From: a virus
Lineage: Duplodnaviria > Caudoviricetes
IMG/VR virus record: IMGVR_UViG_3300025534_000017
Span: 1-42,262 of that record
Strand: one strand, 5' to 3'
DNA length: 42,262 bases
Part shown: one piece after another, positions 1 through 7,492 of the stretch
Layout of the letters: every line of letters starts with the position of its first letter
Position numbering within the stretch: the stretch's first letter is position 1
Program-made: the position numbers and the translations under genes
The notes under the pieces: generated by a model
What the model was told of the DNA's origin: nothing
Database searches by the model: none
Seen by the model: the letters and a program-made list of their open reading frames with translations, nothing else

Positions 1-38
1 GCATTACGGGACGAATATTCAGAATTTTTTACCCGCCC

Positions 39-437
39 CTACCCTTGCAATTGAGGATATTTCCTCTTATCTTCCATTGATTTCCTATTGTGGCACGCTT
101 TACATAATGATTGAGTATTACCTAGTGATAAACGTAACGACCAATCAACCTTGATGGGTACGATATGGTCCACGATCTCGGCATAAGTAATTCTGTTTTG
201 TTTTAAACAGTGCTGACAAAGGTAATGATCACGAATTAATGCTCGTTCTCTTAAACGTAGCCATGCTTTGCTGTTATAAAATTCCCTTATTCTCTTATCA
301 CGTTTATATAGATCATATAGCTTATTATTTATCTTTCTATTGATCTCTTCTATATGCTCATGGTCCTTACAATATTTATCACCAGTAAGATTAAGGCAGC
401 CAGGATACCGGCATGGATGAAGGGGTTTATTAGACAT
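39..437 (-). CDS. Terminase-associated HNH endonuclease (HK97 gp74-like)
   Basis: RDHYLCQHC...VDHIVP...NTQSLCKACHNRKS motif; N-terminal PCRYPGC..YC..H; directly precedes cos/terS on circularisation. Start could be a few codons upstream. Confidence 0.9.
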   Translation of the reverse strand: MSNKPLHPCRYPGCLNLTGDKYCKDHEHIEEINRKINNKLYDLYKRDKRIREFYNSKAWLRLRERALIRDHYLCQHCLKQNRITYAEIVDHIVPIKVDWSLRLSLGNTQSLCKACHNRKSMEDKRKYPQLQG

Positions 438-630
438 GATCATCATCTTTCCATTTTCGATCCAAACACAGCTCATTCTTTAATCTGCTGTACTCAATAA
501 GCCATTCATCTGGCACCACACGCCCAGCATCCAAATATCGTTTCATTGCTTCCGTAATATCCTCAAACCTGAATTCTTTCCAAAGACGTTCCGGCAAAAG
601 ACCTTTAGGTGGTTTTTCATAGTGTTTCAT
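430..630 (-). CDS. Hypothetical phage protein
   Basis: ORF with RBS GAGGGGTG upstream of ATG 630; overlaps both neighbours. Confidence 0.7.
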   Translation of the reverse strand: MKHYEKPPKGLLPERLWKEFRFEDITEAMKRYLDAGRVVPDEWLIEYSRLKNELCLDRKWKDDDHV

Positions 631-1660
631 GGATTTCACCCCTCACTAATTTCAAATACGGGATCCCATCATACATATCCCGGAAGTCTATGATCTTCTT
701 CTGGTCTGGAAACAGAATCACCATCGGCTGCCTGATATCTCCTTTCGCTCCACCGACAGCCCATTGCGTATAGTCGTCCGTGATCTTGTATGAACCCGTC
801 CGGATCCAGACAGTATCCTTTCCAGCTTTCGTCTTCGCGTGGCTTTCGTTGAAATGCAAATGCCCCAAAGCGATGATATCGCCCTGGGTTTCATCAAATA
901 GCCTGCGCTGACTATTCGTCGTGTTCAGGGCACTGCTTCCGATGTAGCTGTGCCTGGCTATGATTTTGTACACCTGATTCCCCAGGCGAATATTGATTTC
1001 TCCGCCATACCACAAGTACGGCGATTCAATTTGCCGAGCGATGTATTTCACAAAATCCTCTCCAGTTTCCCTATAGGACCAATTGTCGTGATTACCTTTG
1101 AGGACTGCCAAATTCTTTTCCCCGAGGAACTCTTTGAAAAAATACATGATCAGTTCTTTTTGCCGATCCGGATTCTCAATCTGCTCGAACATACCGCCCT
1201 TATGGCTATTCTGGTTATAATTGTCCGCATAATCGCCCATCGTGATGTTGTATAGTCCTTCCGTCTCTTTCATGGTCCGGAAGTCTCTCAGCATTTCCTT
1301 GTGGGCTGTATAAAGTCCACCCACATGCCAATCACCCGTGAAAACTATGCCAATCGGCTTGTCATCATCGATATCGATGGTGACGGACGTTTGCCGATCA
1401 TCGAACTTTTGCAATTCTTCTTGGTGCTTGATTAACAAATCAAGATATTCTTCTATGCTATTCCCAACGTTTTTCCTGTCTTGAAATTCAATATTCTTTT
1501 TCCTCGTCCTTTTCAGTCTGCTTCTGACAGATTCATCAGTGAATGGTCTTCCGAATCTTTTTGCTAATTCTTCGGCAATTTCCCTATATGTCAATCCTTG
1601 TTCTCGTAGTTTTACTAGCGCTTCATGTTCTTCTTGGCTCCAATTCTCATACTTGGTCAA
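617..1660 (-). CDS. HTH + calcineurin-like metallophosphoesterase
   Basis: Motifs GDWH, MGD, GNHD, RH, GHLH; N-terminal HTH (GLTYREIAEEL). Start reassigned to TTG 1660 after RBS GGGTGGTGA. Confidence 0.85.
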   Translation of the reverse strand: MTKYENWSQEEHEALVKLREQGLTYREIAEELAKRFGRPFTDESVRSRLKRTRKKNIEFQDRKNVGNSIEEYLDLLIKHQEELQKFDDRQTSVTIDIDDDKPIGIVFTGDWHVGGLYTAHKEMLRDFRTMKETEGLYNITMGDYADNYNQNSHKGGMFEQIENPDRQKELIMYFFKEFLGEKNLAVLKGNHDNWSYRETGEDFVKYIARQIESPYLWYGGEINIRLGNQVYKIIARHSYIGSSALNTTNSQRRLFDETQGDIIALGHLHFNESHAKTKAGKDTVWIRTGSYKITDDYTQWAVGGAKGDIRQPMVILFPDQKKIIDFRDMYDGIPYLKLVRGEIHETL

Positions 1661-1675
1661 TCGATTCACCACCCT

Positions 1676-1825
1676 AACGGTAAACCCTGACATACATACC
1701 AGGGTAAAAGGCCTGTGACTTGGCGGGCAACGTAAACAAAACCACCCAAGGCCCATGCATGCACAGACCCTGGATGGTCGGTAGGGGCCTACTACCGGGT
1801 CTTGCCCGGGTTCAGTCCCGTTCAC
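1676..1825 (-). ncRNA. Putative structured RNA in the late-transcript leader
   Basis: Several nested stems; every deviation from perfect pairing in the two hairpins 1741-1778 and 1684-1705 is a G-U pair on the minus strand. Confidence 0.6.
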
Positions 1826-1851
1826 TCAAAAATACCCTTCTACTAATAGTG

Positions 1852-1876
1852 CATTTGTATGACATTTGCATGACAA
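1852..1876 (-). promoter_or_regulatory. Tandem 11-bp direct repeats, probable late-activator binding site/late promoter
   Basis: CATTTGTATGA CATTTGCATGA immediately downstream of the activator gene stop. Confidence 0.55.
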
Positions 1877-1878
1877 AG

Positions 1879-2358
1879 CTATGAAACAATTTTTTTGATT
1901 TTTTCTTTTGCCCTTTTAACGTAGACTTGAACAGTTGCCCTAGATATACCCAATTCCTCTGATATTTCTTTAAAACTCATACATTTTGCCATGTGAAGAA
2001 GAAAGCATTCTCTTTCTCTTACAGACAATTCTGCCAATACTTCAATGATCTTTTTTCTCATTTCATCACTTGTGGCAGTCGGTTCTTCCTCAAGCAATTT
2101 CAAATCTGGAAACAATTCGATATTGATTAGTGCATTCCGCTGATACACATTCCGTTTTTCAATTCCTCGTCTATTACCAGGCCGTCTGCCTTTCTTCATC
2201 CATTCGAGAGCGAATTCCATATCTTTTATCATTCCGCCAATGATTTTGTGATCTTTTTCCCCTTCTGCAGTAGAAAGATCAAGTCTTTTTCGCAATTTCT
2301 CTAATTCTTTCTTCCCGATCTCGTATTCCTCGATAAGCTGATCAACCCAAGTTTTCAT
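1879..2358 (-). CDS. Late transcriptional activator, sigma-70 region 4 HTH (PBSX Xpf-like)
   Basis: LSVRERECFLLH...MSFKEISEELGISRATVQVYVKRAKEKI; last gene of the early operon. Confidence 0.85.
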   Translation of the reverse strand: MKTWVDQLIEEYEIGKKELEKLRKRLDLSTAEGEKDHKIIGGMIKDMEFALEWMKKGRRPGNRRGIEKRNVYQRNALINIELFPDLKLLEEEPTATSDEMRKKIIEVLAELSVRERECFLLHMAKCMSFKEISEELGISRATVQVYVKRAKEKIKKIVS

Positions 2359-2369
2359 CTTCTTGCCCC

Positions 2370-2507
2370 CTAACACTGCCGATATGCTCCGCCTTTTTTG
2401 CGTTTATATTTTGGTCGATGAACACCCATCAGCTCTTCGATCTCCCGAAATGTCAATTTTTCTTCCCGTTTCTTCTTTGATTTCTTTTTCTTCACTTGCC
2501 CTTTCAT
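2370..2507 (-). CDS. Small Lys/Arg-rich protein (45 aa)
   Basis: RBS GGAGGTG before ATG 2507; MKGQVKKKKSKKKREEKLTFREIEELMG... Confidence 0.7.
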   Translation of the reverse strand: MKGQVKKKKSKKKREEKLTFREIEELMGVHRPKYKRKKGGAYRQC

Positions 2508-2523
2508 GTTCGCACCTCCAGCC

Positions 2524-2588
2524 AAAAGAAAAGGACACCAAACCATGCTTCGCATGGCTCAGTGTCCGTCGGTTCTTCCGTAAGGACA
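2524..2588 (-). terminator. Intrinsic terminator/attenuator with alternative hairpin
   Basis: GGACACTGAGCCATGC-GAA-GCATGGTTTGGTGTCC followed by TTTTCTTTT; an upstream TGTCC can sequester GGACA. Confidence 0.75.
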
Positions 2589-3341
2589 TTACATCATTTG
2601 CTTTATTTGAAGCCAAATGTCCGGATAGTATTTTTTTATAAATTCCCCATGCCCATGCCTCCATATTGCTTCCGAGGCCAAAAACGTCGGTTCGCTCCTA
2701 GTGCGTTCACGATCTTGCATGGGGTTGTCGTAGATTTTCAAATACGGAAGGTTGTTCTTAATGATATATGCCCATATGTCGTTTCCATCCCAACGATATA
2801 AAGGAGTACATGTCCAAACACTTCTATCTTTCGTTCGGTATAAATCTTTTTTCTTTGATAGGGCAAACATTCGGGTTTTAGATTCTTTCATTCTCAACCC
2901 TAAAAATTGCCCCTTCCATCTTCCCTCTATATATTCATTCATAACTTTTTTGTATTCATTAAGCATCCAATTCGTCCATTTTTTCTCGTCATCGGTTTTC
3001 GGCTCAACGAAAAAATACCCAACTTTTTCATATACATCAAAGGCACCTGGCAAATCAATGATATGGAGCCTTATATCGTATTTTTTTGCCATTTTCTTTG
3101 CCATTTCAATATTTTCTTTTGGGGTTTCCCGATATTTCCCAAAAAGCATGTCTTTTACATTTCCGTATTTGGCACAGAGATCAAGCAAAACAGTTGAATC
3201 CTTACCTCCAGAATAACAAACTACCCACCTATTTGTTTGTTCATAAGCTTTTTTAATTGAATTCATAGCTTCATTCACGCGTTTTCTATACACTGGTAGG
3301 TTTGCATAAAGTTGATACTTTTCTTTTTCGCTATCAGTCAT
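2589..3341 (-). CDS. cysH: CysH/PAPS-reductase-like adenine nucleotide alpha-hydrolase (type IV-B associated)
   Basis: PP-loop YSGGKDS, GLRMKES, PLYRWDGNDIWAYI, LPYLKIYD; start 3341 overlaps the csf3 stop (ATGA). Confidence 0.85.
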   Translation of the reverse strand: MTDSEKEKYQLYANLPVYRKRVNEAMNSIKKAYEQTNRWVVCYSGGKDSTVLLDLCAKYGNVKDMLFGKYRETPKENIEMAKKMAKKYDIRLHIIDLPGAFDVYEKVGYFFVEPKTDDEKKWTNWMLNEYKKVMNEYIEGRWKGQFLGLRMKESKTRMFALSKKKDLYRTKDRSVWTCTPLYRWDGNDIWAYIIKNNLPYLKIYDNPMQDRERTRSEPTFLASEAIWRHGHGEFIKKYYPDIWLQIKQMM

Positions 3342-4021
3342 ATAAGTTTTTCTCTCCTTACGTTCGGTATTATGCATGGAACCCGATCAATATGCAAATG
3401 GTAGGGAGGCTTCAGCCGCATTTTCCGGATTTGATAGGTTTGGCCATCATCCGGCAACTCTCCGGCAAAAGGCTTCGTCCGCATAATCCCGTATGGCCCA
3501 TAGTCCGTATAGTCTTCTGCGATCTCTTCAATTTTCCATTCCTTCACATATCCATATCCTTGCGATCCCTTTTTTCCGATGTTCGTTACAAGACTCAGAA
3601 GGCCGCGAATTCCATCCGGATCCCCAACGCAATAGAATTCGATGTCGCTTACTATTCGAATTAGTTGCGGAACTCTATATGATTTAAATTCCCCAGCTTG
3701 AGAATTGATTTTCCCGCGTTTTCCTTGAAAATCGACATAAATGGCCGCATCGAAATCGTTGATTTTCTTATGCCAATACTCCACGGTTTCGGCGTATTGG
3801 ACATAAAATCCAACCGAAGCTTTCCATCTCCCATCCTGGTCCTTCGCAAGAGGTAAGTCAGGTTCGATGATGTTCTCCATCCTTAAATCCCGGTTTTGCA
3901 AAATATCGGGATGATGGACCAGCATCCAGGCATAGGCCAGGATGCTGTCCAAATTGAATAGGCCATCATTGGAATTGACCCGTCCATCGAGCAATTTTGC
4001 GGTGATCTTGAGATTTTTCAT
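3338..4021 (-). CDS. csf3: Type IV CRISPR Cas5-family RAMP Csf3
   Basis: LDSILAYA near N-terminus, G-rich loop IGKKGSQGYGYV, C-terminal RLKPPY; follows csf2. Confidence 0.8.
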   Translation of the reverse strand: MKNLKITAKLLDGRVNSNDGLFNLDSILAYAWMLVHHPDILQNRDLRMENIIEPDLPLAKDQDGRWKASVGFYVQYAETVEYWHKKINDFDAAIYVDFQGKRGKINSQAGEFKSYRVPQLIRIVSDIEFYCVGDPDGIRGLLSLVTNIGKKGSQGYGYVKEWKIEEIAEDYTDYGPYGIMRTKPFAGELPDDGQTYQIRKMRLKPPYHLHIDRVPCIIPNVRREKLI

Positions 4022-4974
4022 TTCACTTCACCCGAAAGTAGCTTCGTAAACTCAGTCTTGTTTTCGATCAGGTAATTGTCGTAGATTTCCCGCAAATGTT
4101 CATCGTACCGTTGTTTTGCCTCGTTGGCCACCGGTCCGAGCTGAATGAATTCCTGGCCAATTTGGGCAAAGGGTTCCCGACCCTTTTCCGTGATCAGTTC
4201 CATATCCGCGGCAACAAGGCCAAAACCCTTTCCACTCATCCCGCCAAGATACGGCTGTTTCTGCCATTCATGAATAGCCGATACGAACGCGCCAAGTTCC
4301 AATTCCGTGCAGATGATGTCCCAACGGTGCCAAAGTTTTGCCCCGGGAGCCAGATATTCCACGCCATACCGCATTTGGGTTGCCGGCTCTTTGTTTTTCT
4401 TTTTCTCTTTTTCCCCGCCCTCAAGCAGCTTCACATCCGGGTCATAGAGATATAGTTCAGAAAGGTTCACATTCTTCTCATCATCTTTCCGAGAAAACTC
4501 AATCACATTCGTAAAATGGCGCCAGCTGTAATCTGATTTCTCGACATACGACGGGAGAATATCGTTTGTTTCTTTGCAAATCGGATAGGCGAACGTTTGT
4601 TTCAGTTTCCCGTCGAGGATCTGGTTTCCGACTCCGCCGCCGAAAAGGCTGACGAATGGCAATGCTTTTCGGATAAGCCGTGCCTGGTCGATGTCCAGGC
4701 TTTGGGCCCCGCCGATGGAGCCCCCGCTGAAAAGCAGGTGGAAAGCCTTCAGCGGCACTTGGATGCCGAGCCTGTCCAACAAATATCTGGCGCCGCAGTC
4801 CCTCAACATCCCCCGGATAGCATTTCCGCTATACACGAAGCATTCTACCGGTTCGCCGTTGCTGACTATGGTTGTCGTGTTCAAAAAGGATTGCGTCGAT
4901 TCGCTTTCTCCAATATGGGAAAGCGGTTGGAGCAGCGTATAGATCGTTTCAATTCGATAATGTTTCATTTCCAT
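4018..4974 (-). CDS. csf2: Type IV CRISPR Cas7-family backbone RAMP Csf2
   Basis: PLSHIGE, YSGNAIRGMLRD, LFSGG, SLFGG..GKL, EYLAPG, G-loop LGGMSGKGFG. Confidence 0.88.
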   Translation of the reverse strand: MEMKHYRIETIYTLLQPLSHIGESESTQSFLNTTTIVSNGEPVECFVYSGNAIRGMLRDCGARYLLDRLGIQVPLKAFHLLFSGGSIGGAQSLDIDQARLIRKALPFVSLFGGGVGNQILDGKLKQTFAYPICKETNDILPSYVEKSDYSWRHFTNVIEFSRKDDEKNVNLSELYLYDPDVKLLEGGEKEKKKNKEPATQMRYGVEYLAPGAKLWHRWDIICTELELGAFVSAIHEWQKQPYLGGMSGKGFGLVAADMELITEKGREPFAQIGQEFIQLGPVANEAKQRYDEHLREIYDNYLIENKTEFTKLLSGEVK

Positions 4975-5434
4975 TTTCTTCACCCTCCACAATAAGTTCT
5001 AATTTGGCTTCAATCGGTTTTTCCCGTTCCAGACGATCGCGGACAAGCATAATGACCCGAGCTGTTTCCTTGTATAGCTGATAGAGGATCTCCTGATCCT
5101 TCCCACTTTCGATAATCTCGGTCAGGAATTGGCGGCCCTTCTCACCGCTGACCACAATGTTCCCTTGCCCATCCTCGTATGCGGCCATGATTGGCGTACC
5201 ACTGTCACACCATTTGGGATTGATTGATTCGCAAGCCATTTTCCGCTTGAAAGTTTCTAGAAAAGTTCCAATGCTAGTTGCTCGTTTTGCGCTGACTTTG
5301 GTAAATCGCTCAATTTGTCCCCACATGTCCGGTCCGCTTGGGCCCCGGTTCCGGTTTCTGCTCCTGTAGACGGCATAGACGATGAGGGCCGCAGCGGCTG
5401 CATGTTCATCTTGAGTTCGGAATCCATATAGCAT
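4949..5434 (-). CDS. Putative type IV-B small subunit (Cas11-like)
   Basis: 161-aa apparently helical protein between csf1 and csf2, the canonical cas11 slot; RBS AAGGAGG; called by position. Confidence 0.65.
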   Translation of the reverse strand: MLYGFRTQDEHAAAAALIVYAVYRSRNRNRGPSGPDMWGQIERFTKVSAKRATSIGTFLETFKRKMACESINPKWCDSGTPIMAAYEDGQGNIVVSGEKGRQFLTEIIESGKDQEILYQLYKETARVIMLVRDRLEREKPIEAKLELIVEGEENGNETLSN

Positions 5435-6168
5435 ACCAATTCCTCCTTGCTTTCAATCTTTTTTGCAACGAATAAGGCGACTTCTAAAATTGGATTCTTC
5501 CGAAACGGCTTGACTTTGTCCTCGAATGCCTCCCAGGCCTCGAGGCCAAAGTCTAATATCCGCTTTTGGTTGTATTCACCGGTCAAGATTTCTGTTTTCG
5601 TAAATCCATAGAGGAAATGCTCGACCAATTGCAGCAGTTTTCCGAATCCCTTTCTTTCGATCAACACCGGCATTTCCTCAAACATAACCGTGAATACATC
5701 GCGGGAATAATTCACTTCCCCTTTGAAAGCGATATGCTTCTTCTGCGACACGGCGATGTTGATCACGAAAGGCGGGTCCGGGGGATTGAGAAGGAACCCC
5801 CGTAGTTCTTCACGGTTTGGAAGGTACAGCCTTTCGTGGTTTGCCACATGCGAAAAATTCCGCAGGGCATGCCGCTCAGGGCTGGTTAGAATGGTAAAGC
5901 AGCATGCCGGGCATACATGGGTAGACGTTCGGCATTTTCCGGCGTTCCAGTCAGTGAAAACATTGGAAAATATCTTTTTCAATTTCATGCCGTGTTTGGT
6001 CGGCTCACCGCACAAGTAGCAATATCCTTCGAATGGCTCCATATCAGGATGTTTCATCGGATCCAAAAGGTTGACTTCTCTTTGAACGGGATTCCCCTTT
6101 TCATCTTTCGTATTCTGAATGATTCTCCCGGTCCTCTTCCACGCTTCATAAATCAGATGCGTAGGCAC
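5257..6168 (-). CDS. csf1: Type IV CRISPR large subunit Csf1 (Cas8-like, Zn finger)
   Basis: CYLCG...FTDW...VCPACC zinc finger and LLNPPDPPFV...SQKKH motif. Confidence 0.8.
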   Translation of the reverse strand: MPTHLIYEAWKRTGRIIQNTKDEKGNPVQREVNLLDPMKHPDMEPFEGYCYLCGEPTKHGMKLKKIFSNVFTDWNAGKCRTSTHVCPACCFTILTSPERHALRNFSHVANHERLYLPNREELRGFLLNPPDPPFVINIAVSQKKHIAFKGEVNYSRDVFTVMFEEMPVLIERKGFGKLLQLVEHFLYGFTKTEILTGEYNQKRILDFGLEAWEAFEDKVKPFRKNPILEVALFVAKKIESKEELVCYMDSELKMNMQPLRPSSSMPSTGAETGTGAQADRTCGDKLSDLPKSAQNEQLALELF

Positions 6169-6566
6169 TCCCTACACCTCCCTTCCAACCGGATTTCCCG
6201 GCGCCGCGAGTTCCACTCCAAAAAACCCAATCTTTCGAGGTTTCGGATATGAAAATGTACCCCACTAACCGGTATTTCAAGGGCCCGGGCGATTTCTGAC
6301 AAGTTTGGTGATTTTTTGTTCCTCTGTTGGTAGTGAGCGATATAACGTAGAACACGGAGTCTCCTTGGCGTCAGTTCCTGTTTCCAACTAGTAGGTATAT
6401 TGAATTTGTCCAGTATCCGATATGCTTTCCATATACTGATTTCCAGTCTTTCGGCCAATTCCCGGATGCTCAATCCCTGGTCAATATACATGTAGATGAT
6501 GTCTGATTTTGAAAACACACACCTGCCAATTTTGATTTCGGTATACGGATTGATTGGGTCCCTCAT
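6153..6566 (-). CDS. Double DNA-binding-domain protein (HTH + LexA-type winged helix, no peptidase)
   Basis: GLSIRELAERLEIS; LTPRRLRVLRYI...SPNLSEIARAL..SGVHFHIRNLERLGFL. Confidence 0.75.
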   Translation of the reverse strand: MRDPINPYTEIKIGRCVFSKSDIIYMYIDQGLSIRELAERLEISIWKAYRILDKFNIPTSWKQELTPRRLRVLRYIAHYQQRNKKSPNLSEIARALEIPVSGVHFHIRNLERLGFLEWNSRRREIRLEGRCRECLRI

Positions 6567-6575
6567 AAGATCACC

Positions 6576-6752
6576 CTATATTCGCATCCGCTCACTTCGA
6601 ATAACATCCAGCACTTTTCCATCTTTCCAAATCACCCGATATTCACCATATCCGGTTTTCGGTGCTTCGATTTTCGTTACCTCCCCGTCTTTCACAATGA
6701 ACATCGCATTTTCGGTGTTTGACAGTTCTATCGTTTTCGTCGATCTATTCAT
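6576..6752 (-). CDS. XtrA/YqaO-like small phage protein
   Basis: IVKDGEV...PKTGYGEYRVIWKDGKV pattern. Confidence 0.6.
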   Translation of the reverse strand: MNRSTKTIELSNTENAMFIVKDGEVTKIEAPKTGYGEYRVIWKDGKVLDVIRSERMRI

Positions 6753-7032
6753 GCGCATTCGCTCCTATTTCGCTTTTGAGAATTCCGTATCCGGCAATAT
6801 CCCGCCACGGATTCTCCCCGAACGCTTCTTTTTGGTGTGCAATACGCATTAATTTGTCAAATACCCGAACGATTGCAAGCATATCGTCATACTGTTCAGG
6901 CTTCACTCCGTTTGGATAGAGGATTTTTAGAAAGTCGCCAACCCTGTTGAAAGCGTCGCCGTATGACCGATTCTTTTCATCTACCAATCTTCCGATCTCC
7001 GTTCCGATATGCTCATATTTTCCAGGCCGCAT
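6745..7032 (-). CDS. All-alpha NTP-pyrophosphatase-like protein (DUF1599/Nmad1-like)
   Basis: KNRSYGDAF...RVFDKLMRI...ENPWRDIAGYGIL. Confidence 0.55.
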   Translation of the reverse strand: MRPGKYEHIGTEIGRLVDEKNRSYGDAFNRVGDFLKILYPNGVKPEQYDDMLAIVRVFDKLMRIAHQKEAFGENPWRDIAGYGILKSEIGANAHE

Positions 7033-7180
7033 ATTTTCCCACCTTCTTTCCTCGTGCCCTTCGATGTTTCCAATTTAGGCATTTGATTGCCATATATTTG
7101 TCCTCCAGGCTGCACTTCGCACCCCATCGGACTTTTTCCAGCTCTTCTTTTGTCAGATAGTAGACTTTAACTTCGCTCAT
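7013..7180 (-). CDS. Hypothetical small protein (55 aa)
   Basis: Manually translated ORF MSEVKVYYLTKEELEKVR..., fills the gap between neighbours. Confidence 0.45.
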   Translation of the reverse strand: MSEVKVYYLTKEELEKVRWGAKCSLEDKYMAIKCLNWKHRRARGKKVGKYAAWKI

Positions 7181-7472
7181 TGCCATCACCCACCAATTCT
7201 AGAAATCTCTCAAGCTCCATAACCACCAACCACGGCTTCCTATCAGCTTTCAGGGCCAGGGCATCAGGTTTTTCTCGTTCATCCTCCAACCATTGATACA
7301 GTGTCTTAAACCCATCTTTTCTCGCCTTTACTTCCCACTTCAACCCGAGTCCCTCGACGTCATTTTCAAACCCTTCCTGGGCGCCGGAAAGGGGAATTCT
7401 GCGCCCTTCTATCAGCTTCGCAAACTCCCTCTCCCGGCGATTCCCTTTCTGTTTCGATTTTCGTCCGCTCAT
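7167..7472 (-). CDS. Holliday-junction resolvase-like PD-(D/E)xK nuclease
   Basis: SKQKGNRREREFAK...PLSGA...DV...WEVKARK. Confidence 0.75.
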   Translation of the reverse strand: MSGRKSKQKGNRREREFAKLIEGRRIPLSGAQEGFENDVEGLGLKWEVKARKDGFKTLYQWLEDEREKPDALALKADRKPWLVVMELERFLELVGDGNERS

Positions 7473-7492
7473 CAATATCCTTCCTCTTGTCA

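Noticed and set aside
1661-1825. 55-aa N-terminal extension of the phosphoesterase in the ORF track
   Set aside because: Odd Cys/Pro-rich sequence with a weak RBS; a better RBS precedes TTG 1660, and the region is explained by RNA structure
2589-3341. cysH as an auxiliary sulfur-metabolism gene
   Set aside because: Lacks reductase cysteine motifs and is coupled to csf3
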